Under the pieces are notes generated by a model. It was not told the origin of the DNA. It worked only from the letters and a program-made list of their open reading frames with translations, and searched no databases. A stretch of 64,000 bases of DNA from Eledone cirrhosa. Taxonomy: Eukaryota. How positions within the stretch are numbered: the first letter of the stretch is position 1; every line of letters starts with the position of its first letter. The position numbers were made by a program, and so were the translations under genes. Of this stretch, positions 53,420 through 64,000 are shown piece after piece. The stretch covers positions 16,182,001 through 16,246,000 of the forward strand of contig OZ024746.1 in NCBI GenBank assembly GCA_964016885.1, written 5' to 3'.

Positions 53420-54252
53420 ATAAATATATATACATGTACGTATTGGTTTATATTATGTTTTTACTTATATGTGTTGTATATTTTGTTTTCTTTCATCTTT
53501 TACTTCATGTTTAAGTGTTAAACAGAAATAATTACTATAAACCTTATACACCTTAGCAATCACTGTAAGGTAGAAATCATTTTCAGGTGAGCTATGTAAC
53601 CAGTCAGTGTTCCTGGCTTCAGCCATTTTATTTATATTATTAATGTCACCAAGAAAAGCATTCCTGCCACAACATCACATTTCCTTTCTCCTTTATATTT
53701 GAAACCATGTAAAAAAAATCAATCATTGAGTGATATAATGTCAATATGTTTATATATTGATGCATTTATGGTTTCAATATAATCAATGTTTGTTATATAT
53801 TACCATTTCTCTATTATATTTATACATTATCTATTGTGTTTGTTGTTTATTGATTTTTGTAGATATTCTATTATTGTTATTGTTACTGTTGTTGTTATGC
53901 TTATTGTTATTGTTGTTGTTATTTCTTCTGAATCAGTAGAGCGTCGGACAACATGCTTTACAGCATGTAGTAACGTCCCTTTATGTTCTGAGTTCAAATG
54001 CGCGACTGAGGTTAACTTTGCCTTTCATCTTTACAGAGTCAATAAAGTACCAGTAACACACTGGGGTCGCTTTAATAAACTTTTCCTTCCCTCAAAATTG
54101 TTGGCTTTTTGTCTAATTCAGAAACCATTATTATTGTTGTTGTTATTGTTATGTTTATTATTCTTGTTGTTGTTTTTATGTTTATTATTGTTGTTGTTGT
54201 TGTTGTTGTTATTAACAGCCTACATCTCTGTCTGTCTGTCTACTAACTTTAG

Positions 54253-54384
54253 ATATAGATGAATGCAGTGTGTCTACTAACCAAAGCCTGGCTTGTTCAT
54301 ATGGTTGTATTAATACAGCAGGAAGTGCATATTGCACATGTCCCAATGGATTCACTTTGCAGCAGAATCAAAGGGACTGCACAG
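54253..54384 (+). CDS. Internal coding exon, calcium-binding EGF-like domain (probably the same gene as 1175-1333)
   Basis: Branch-like tactaac plus tttAG acceptor, donor CAG|GTac; 132 bp, phase 1-1. Translation (D)IDECSVSTNQSLACSYGCINTAGSAYCTCPNGFTLQQNQRDCT has six Cys and a DIDEC motif; the first D codon is completed by the terminal G of the upstream exon. Confidence 0.93.
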
Positions 54385-54465
54385 GTACATTGTCTCACAT
54401 TTGCACATTGTTTTCTATTGTTTATCACTCTTTCACTCACTTTATGTTCTTATATATGTATACAT

Positions 54466-54496
<31 letters not shown>

Positions 54497-56034
54497 CATA
54501 CTTATATATCAGGGAAAATGGACATTTAATGACATAAACATATATGATTACATATATATAAACATATATATATACATACATACACACACGTGTATATATA
54601 TATATATATATGTATATACATACATAATATATATCAGGAAAAATGGACATTAAATGATATGTAAATATAAATGTATGTCTGTGTGTGTACATACATGTTT
54701 GAATATATCTGTATGTCTATAACTTTGTTGGAGCTCTTATACAAAGTAGTGAAATGTCAATAAACTACTATATTCTGCTTCCCCTTTGATGCTCATGTGT
54801 CACACACCATTGCTTACCTCCCCTTCATGCCACCCCACGGCACCGCCCAACCATTACCAGTCTTCTCAGCCTTCATATCTATGTCATAACATCATTAATT
54901 TGAAATACTTTATTCTTGGAAATGAGTTATACAAATGAAAGTTTCTCTCACCACTTAGAAAAATTCTAGAATAAGTAGGGTTGTGTCATTAAGTTGATAT
55001 GAACAAATGTTTAGGATGATGATGATGTTTAGAGTGTGAGGTGGTGTTTAAGGTGTGATGGTGGTGTTTAAGAAGGGTTGGTGTTTAGGCTGTGATAGTG
55101 ATGTTTAGGTTGTGATGGTGGTCTTTAGGGTGTGGTGGTAGCGTTTAATGTGTGATTATGGTGTTTAGGATGAGATGATGGTGTTTAGCCTGTGATGTGA
55201 TGTTTAGGTTGTGATGGTGGTCTTTAGGGTTTGATGGTGGTGTTTAGGATGATGATGATGATGATGATGTTTATGATGTGATGGTGGTGTTTAGAGTGTG
55301 ATTGTAGTGTTTAGCATGTGTTGATGATGTTTGAGGTGTGATGGTGGTGTTTAGGATGGGGTGATGTTTATGCTGTGATGACAGTGTGGCCTGATTGAAG
55401 AAAGTATTGTCTGTTTCTCTGTACAATGACATGCAGCTGTTTCTCTGGGAACCACAATTCAACCTCAAAATGTTTTGCTACCAATCTACCCAAACCTGGC
55501 TTTGGTTCTATGAATCAAAAACACAGATTGTATTGGTACAATGAAAAATATTTAAAGAGCTTGAAACACTCATGTGAATATTTACATGTAGTTAATATGT
55601 ACATATGCAATTTGGTTTGCAGTTGATACCCATGGTTAACTGTTGATACCCATGGTTAACTTGATGGCATGTTTCATAACATCAGTACTAGAGAGATTGT
55701 TGTTTTGGTCATGTGACTAAAGAGTTCTCAGCCCAATAGAAGGAGCAGAAGGTAACTTCTCCCAAGTAAGATGTGATTAAAGTGTGAGGAGTGGATGGAA
55801 GATAAGAAGAATGATAAGTATGGTGTCAATGATTATGTGACAATAGATGGGGTTGGGATATGGTTCAATGACAAGTATGGTTTCCTAGGTGAATGACAAG
55901 TGTAGTGGGATTTAAGAGAGAGAAGTTGAATGGTGGGGGGTGGGGGTGATCTTGGATGGAGTGGGAATTGTCGCTAAAGAGCTGTGATAAGTGTGCACAC
56001 ACCCTCACCATTCTCAAACACTCCTCACCCCTTT

Positions 56035-56070
<36 letters not shown>

Positions 56071-56139
56071 TGTCTCTCTCTCTCTCTCTGTCTCTCTCTC
56101 TCTGTCTCTCTCTCTCTATATATATATGTATGTATGTAT

Positions 56140-56171
<32 letters not shown>

Positions 56172-56214
56172 ATTATTTGATATAGAAATGGCTTTTACTT
56201 AGGACACACACACA

Positions 56215-56297
<83 letters not shown>

Positions 56298-56413
56298 TCC
56301 CACAGATATACTAGCACATACAAATATGGGTAACCTTTCTTAGTTTGCATATTTATAAACACATATATAATGTATGTCTATATATATATATATATATATA
56401 CACATATATAATG

Positions 56414-56445
<32 letters not shown>

Positions 56446-56484
56446 ATGTGTGAGCATGGTCATATTGCATTATTGACTGAATGT

Positions 56485-57230
56485 AATTACACCAGCACCA
56501 CCACCTTCTAATAAACAGCCACCACCTCCACCTCCACCCTCACAACTAACATCACTACCACCACCATCACCATTGTCACCAATAACACCAACAGCAGCAG
56601 CACCATCACCAACACTAACACTGCCACGACACGACCCCCACCTCCACCACTATCACCAGCGCCACCACCTTCTAATGAACAGCCACTCTCACCACCACCC
56701 TCACCACAACCGTCACCACCCTCAACATCACCACCTCCACCACTACCACCAACACCACCACCCCGCACCAACACCACCAACACCACCTCCACCACTAGCA
56801 CCCCCACCCCTACCACCACCACCACCTCCACCACTAGCACCAACACCACCACCCCCACCAACACCTCCACCACTAGCACCAACACCCCCACCAACATCAT
56901 CACCTCCACCACTAGCACCCCCACCCCCACCAACACCACCTCCACCACTAGCAACCCCACCCACTCCACCACCACCACCACCACCACCACCACCACCACC
57001 TCCACCACTAGAACCCCCACCCTACCACCACCACCTCCACCACTAGCACCAACACCACCGCCACCACCACCACCAACACCACCTCCACCACTAGCACACA
57101 CCCCCATCAGCGCCAACACCCCCACCCCACCCCCACCACCACCTCCACCACTAGCACCTCACCCCACCACCTCCACCACTAGCACCCCACCCCACCACCT
57201 CCACCACTAGCACCCCCACCCCGACCCCCC
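56485..57230. repeat. (CCA)n-rich low-complexity repeat
   Basis: accacctccaccactagc units. Confidence 0.92.
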
Positions 57231-57599
57231 CGCAATGCAGGAAACTGACCATTAATTTTACCACTTCTGTTTAAACTAACACCAAAAACTAGCAGAATCA
57301 TGCCATTCTCTGCCTTTTAAGTGATCTTTGCTAATTTTCAAAGGCTTTACACCCTTCCCCATAACCCCCATTCTTAAAATAATAATGGTGTTCTTGTTGT
57401 TATTGTTATATTATTGTTGTTAATGTCATTATTGTTGTTGCTGTAGTTGTTGTAGTCATCAATGAGCCTTCTTTTGTATAAGAGAGTAGTTATGGTCATT
57501 CTGTCTGGCAAGTGGCGCTATATAACAGACTAATTGCTGAAAGTCACGTGACGGGGGGGGCTTTATGAGGGAGCTATTGTGTCGCTAACGGTGTATGGG

Positions 57600-57686
57600 A
57601 TTATATATATAGGCTGTGTGTATATATATATATATATATATAGGTTGGGTATATATGTGTGTGTATATATATATATATATATAGGC

Positions 57687-57728
<42 letters not shown>

Positions 57729-58086
57729 TTGGGTATATATGTGTGTGTATATATATATATATATATAGGTTGTGTGTATATATATATATATATATATATA
57801 GGTTGTGTGTATATGTGTGTGTATATATATATAGGTTGTGTGTATATGTGTTTATATATATATAGGTTGGGTGTATATGGGTGTATATACATATATATAG
57901 GTTGTGTGTATATGGGTGTATATATAGGTTGTGTGTATAAGTGTGTATATATAGGTTGTGTGTATATGTGTGTATATATAGGTTGTGTGTATATGTGTGT
58001 ATATATATATATAGGTTGTGTGTATATGTGTGTGTATATATATATATAGGTTGTGTGTATATGTGTGTGTATATATATATATAGGT

Positions 58087-58118
<32 letters not shown>

Positions 58119-58121
58119 GAT

Positions 58122-58159
<38 letters not shown>

Positions 58160-58162
58160 GGT

Positions 58163-58196
<34 letters not shown>

Positions 58197-58346
58197 GGTT
58201 GTGTGTATATGTGTGTGTATATATATATATATATATAGGTTGTGTGTGTGTATGTGTGCATATATATAGGTTGTGTATATGTGTTTATATATATATATGT
58301 AGGTTGTGTTTATATATAGGTTGTGTGTGTATATATATATATCATC

Positions 58347-58392
<46 letters not shown>

Positions 58393-58601
58393 GTATATAT
58401 ATATATATGTATATGTATATATATATATGTATATGTATATATATATGTATATGTATATATATATATGTATATGTATATATATATAGATGTATATATATAT
58501 ATGTATATATATATGTATATATATATATATGTATATATATATATCTGTATATATATACATATATATATATATATATAGATGTATATATATATATGAATAT
58601 A

Positions 58602-58678
<77 letters not shown>

Positions 58679-59065
58679 ACTGTGTATAAGGTTATGTATG
58701 CATGTTTGTGTGTATGTGTTTATATATATGTGCGCGTGTGTTTGTGTTTTGGTATCTATGAATGTGTGAATCTCTGTCTATCAATGTATCTGTGTTTACA
58801 TCTGTGTACACATGCATGTGTACTTGTGTGTATATGTACATGTGTGTATATGTCCATGTGTACATGTGTGTATATGTACGTGTGTGTATATGTACGTGTG
58901 TGTATATGTACGTGTGTGTATATGTACATGTGTGTATATGTCCATGTGTACTTGTGTGTATATGTACGTGTGTGTATATGTACATGTGTGTATATGTACA
59001 TGTGTGTATATGTATATATACATGTGTGTATATGTACATGTGTGTATATGTACATGTGTGTATAT
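57600..59065. repeat. TA/TG compound micro- and minisatellites
   Basis: ataggttgtgtgtatatgtgtgt and 18-bp gtgtgtatatgtacatgt units. Confidence 0.93.
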
Positions 59066-59904
59066 TCATGACTATTTGTTTATGGTTTTAAAATATTTGG
59101 GTATATACAAATACCAACACAGATACCATTCAGGTATGTCACACACCTCCCCCACCGCATCCTCACACACTCACCCCCCACCCCACACTCAACCATCGAA
59201 AAACACATCCCCTCCCCACACACCTCACACCCCACTCACCCCTACCCCCACATCACACCCCACGCTCAAAACTATCCAAACACACATCCCCCTCTCAACA
59301 CCCCACCCCACACACACCTCACGCCAAACACCACCCCACCCCACACTCAACCATCCAAGCACACATACCCCTCTCAACACCCCACCCCACACACACACCT
59401 CACGCCAAACACCACCCCACCTCACACTCAACCATCCAAACACCCCCCCCCCTCTAAACACCCCACCCACACACACCTCACGCCAAACACCACCCCACAC
59501 TCAACCATCCAAACACATCCCCTCTCAACACCCCCTCACACTCACCTCACACCCACTCACCTCACCCATCCACCCCATCCACCCAGTCTGATGTAAATAA
59601 ACAACATATGACTTAGCTACAAGACCTATAAAACTGTAAACATGGAACCAAGGACATGTATATTAGTGTATACATCAGTTTATACAGTATGTATATAAAA
59701 ATATATGTATGTGAGCATCCATGATAGAGGCTCAGATGCCATGCTTTGCAGCATAGAGTTACGTCCCTTTATGGTATGAGTTCAAATCCCGCCAAGGTTA
59801 ACTTTGCCTTTCATCCTTACCGTGTCGATAAAATAAAGTACCAGTAATGTACTGAGTAATTGGTGGCCTTGTGTCAAAAGTAGAAACATATATATATATA
59901 TATG

Positions 59905-60079
59905 TGTGTCTGATGGTAGCTAAGGTGCTTCCATAGGCGGTATGCCAGTTGAGCACTTCAGTGAGAGAATATGCTCCAAAATCATTAGACGTGTCCGTCG
60001 AACCTGTGGGTCCAGAATCAGACAGATCCACACAATGATCGCGTCTCGAGCTGTCTGCCAGGGAAACAATTGTAACACA
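59905..60079 (+). ncRNA. Core-damaged hammerhead with ~140-nt helix II insertion
   Basis: TGTGT-CTGA…TGGTAG…CTGCCA-GG-GAAA-CAATTG-TA^ACACA. Confidence 0.5.
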
Positions 60080-60486
60080 AAATAAATTAAGTTCAGATGC
60101 ATCACTGATTTTTCGTTTTCTATTCTATATATATATATTCTATATATATATATTATATATATATTAAAATAACAGATTAAAGTTGAAGCAAATAATTGCT
60201 GCTTTCACCCTTAACAGGATCTTCTGAAACTAACAAAAAAAAAAAAAAGCGATTCTTTGCTTAAACTTTAATCTGTTATTTTAATATTTGCTCTACGGTT
60301 CTTATATATTTGATATATATTTATCCTTATCGATCCCTCTTTGGATTTTAGTCTTTAAATTTATTATTATTACTATATATATATATATATATATATATAT
60401 GTAGGAGGTGAGTTTTATTGTAGTACAATAAAGCAATGCAGATATCGGATAAGAAGCACTCTACAGTTTGTAGGACTGGAGTATAC

Positions 60487-60806
60487 ATAATATATAAGAT
60501 CAAAAGATGGTTAAATGAGTTCCATGTATTTTATTATGCGCATTTCAAAAACAAATATCATCATGCAATAACATTTGTGTTTTCATCAGATAAAATAGGA
60601 AGACATGATATGAAGGTTAAAAACACTTGTGGATAGGGCAGTGGATATGTTGATTTAAAACTGCACTATCCACAAGTGTTTTTAACCTTCATATCATGTC
60701 TTCCTATTTTATCTGATGAAAACACAAATGTTATTGCATATTTGTTTTTGAAATGCGCATAATAAAATACATGGAACTCATTTAACCATCTTTTGATCTT
60801 ATATAT

Positions 60807-60809
<3 letters not shown>
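60487..60809. repeat. Near-perfect hairpin (~150 bp arms, ~17 nt loop), probable Penelope GIY-YIG fragment
   Basis: The same peptide IIYKIKRWLNEFHVFYYAHFKNKY… is read on both strands in the ORF track. Confidence 0.85.
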
Positions 60810-60839
<30 letters not shown>

Positions 60840-60842
60840 CAT

Positions 60843-61328
60843 CATCACATCATCATTTTACGTCCACTTTTCCCTGCTTGCAAGGGTGGGACGGGAACTG
60901 ATGCTGGCTTGATTTCTACAGCTGGATGCCCTTCCTAACACCAACCTCATTTACAGTGAGTGCTGGGTGCTTTTTGCCATGGCACCTTCACGACCACTTT
61001 GCAGTGGAATGATAGGGACCCCAGAGGGGATGTGTGTTTGGATGTGACATACCTGAATGGTATCTGTGTTGGTATTTGTATATATCCAAATATTTTAAAA
61101 CCATAAACAAATAGTCATGAATATACACACATGTACATATACACACGTGTACATATACACACACGTACATATACACACATGTACATCTTATTTCTACAGC
61201 TGAGTAAACTGGAGCAATGTGAAATAAAGTGTCTTGCTCAAGGAAACAACACATCACTCGGTCTGAGAGTTGAACTCACAACCTTTTCATTGCAAGGCCA
61301 ATGCTCTAACCACTAAGCCATGTGCCTC
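60843..61328 (-). mobile_element. tRNA/CORE/RTE-tail SINE interrupted by a ~160 bp locally templated insert
   Basis: Collinear with 37917-38300 except for 61025-61183. Confidence 0.85.
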
Positions 61329-61673
61329 CATATATATATGCATAATAGCATAATATATATAATGTATAATATATAATGTATATATAATATATATATATAT
61401 AATATTAATATATATTATATATAATATATATATATATATAATATATATATATATATATTATATATATATTATATATATATATATTATATATAATATATAT
61501 ATATTATATATATATATATAATATATATATAATATATATATTATATATATATAATATATATAATATATATAATATATATATCATATATATATAATATATA
61601 TATATATAATATATATATATATAATATATATATAATATATATATATATCATATATATATAATATATATATAAT

Positions 61674-61718
<45 letters not shown>

Positions 61719-62043
61719 AATGAATAATATCTAATATATATATCTAATATATATATAAATAATATATATATACATATATAATGAATAATATCTAATATAT
61801 ATATATATAATATATATATAAATAATATATATATATATACACATATGTATAATAATCTATAATATATATATATATATATATAATGAATAATCTATAATAT
61901 ATATATATATATATATATCACCAGAGGGCGTTAGCCCCCCGGTGTTTGCATAGCTACGGTCTCCTAAAACTTTATTTCTTTGGAGATACAAAATATTTAT
62001 ACATATTGTATAAAGGTAGGCTTGAAACGAAATCCTATTTCTT

Positions 62044-62095
<52 letters not shown>

Positions 62096-62192
62096 AGTGG
62101 TTACCCAACAGTTACGAGAATTGAACTCACAACCTTTCGATTGCAAGCCTATAGCATCAAAATGGAAAAAATATATATAATATATATATATA

Positions 62193-62305
<113 letters not shown>

Positions 62306-62321
62306 TGTATATATGTATATG

Positions 62322-62752
<431 letters not shown>

Positions 62753-63178
62753 ATTATGTATAATGAATAATCTATAATATATATATATGTAATACATATA
62801 TAAATAATAGTCTATCCAAGGAAAACTTGAACCGTTAAGGTATATTTTCCTTGGTTATGTGAAAATTTATAAAACACACTTCGTATATAATAATAATGAA
62901 AATATTGTGTTCAGTGCTCAGGTGCACTACAACTCATCAAAAAGTGTATGTATACTACATAGGGTAATGTACAAACGTCAGGAAAATGAACAGTGCATGA
63001 GTCATGATATACAGATGTGTGCATGTGTATGGAAGGGGTACATCAGGTGTAGTTTTGGCGAATTTCGGGAAGCATGAGGGTTCTATTCTGTTGATAGTGT
63101 ACCAAAATGTTGGCACCCTTGAAATATATATAATAGAATAAATAGGGTTTATAAATATAGTTTCCATTTATTTAATAT

Positions 63179-63216
<38 letters not shown>

Positions 63217-63426
63217 TTTATATATATATATGTATTATATATCTGTATTATATATATATGTATATATATATATAATACAGATATATATAACATAAGTATA
63301 ACACCAAAGTATAACAATATCGGTTTCAACACACGATTTATGATAAAGAATCTTGCTAAACAAATTCAGAAACGAAATATTATATATATATATTATATAT
63401 AATGTATATATATATGTGTATTACAG

Positions 63427-63478
<52 letters not shown>

Positions 63479-63839
63479 TAATAATAAATTTGAAGACTAA
63501 AATCCAAAGAGGGCTCGATAAGGATAAATATATATCAAATATATAAGAACCCTAGAGCAAATATTTATTAAAATAACAGATTAAAGTTTAAGCAAAGAAT
63601 CGCTGCTTTCACCCTTAACCGGATCTTAGCAGCGATTCTTTGCTTAAACTTTAATCTGTTATTTTAATAAATATATATATATATATATACATGTAAAGTT
63701 ATATTTAAAATTGTTGGGTTACAACTAGTAAATATTTATAACTGATATAAAAGCACTCGACAAATATTTGGAGTATATTTACAATATTATATATATATAT
63801 ATATATATTATATATAATGTATATATATGTGTATTACAG

Positions 63840-63878
<39 letters not shown>

Positions 63879-64000
63879 ATGTATATATATGTGTATTACA
63901 GATATATAATATATATATATATATATATATAATATATAATTGTTTCTACTTTTGGCACAAGGCCAGCAACTACCAAGTACATTACTGGTACTTTATTTTA

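Noticed and set aside
57543-57552. GTCACGTGAC palindromic E-box/CLEAR-like site
   Set aside because: A single 10-mer with no supporting context.

Overview
AT-rich, microsatellite-saturated animal genomic DNA. The SINE/RTE repertoire and (TA)n load suggest a cephalopod, probably Octopus (inference, not verified). I can support only two host exons, both on +: 1175-1333 (GCC2/GCC3 ephrin-receptor-like Cys repeat) and 54253-54384 (calcium-binding EGF). They join in phase 1 (…TCE|DIDEC…) across a ~52.9 kb intron. The intron holds several minisatellite arrays, a decayed hAT (Charlie/SPIN/GTF2IRD2-like) transposon, RTE and CRE-like LINE fragments, many tRNA-derived SINEs, MITEs, and Penelope-like (PLE) relics arranged as fold-backs. 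The most notable signal is a cluster of type I hammerhead ribozyme motifs from several unrelated repeat families between ~33.7 and 60.1 kb. Most have a palindromic helix III and a U·U or A·A mismatch at the base of helix II, and one family shows a compensatory change in helix I. All long ORFs in the ORF track are repeat artefacts. Everything was read by eye, and repeat boundaries are approximate.
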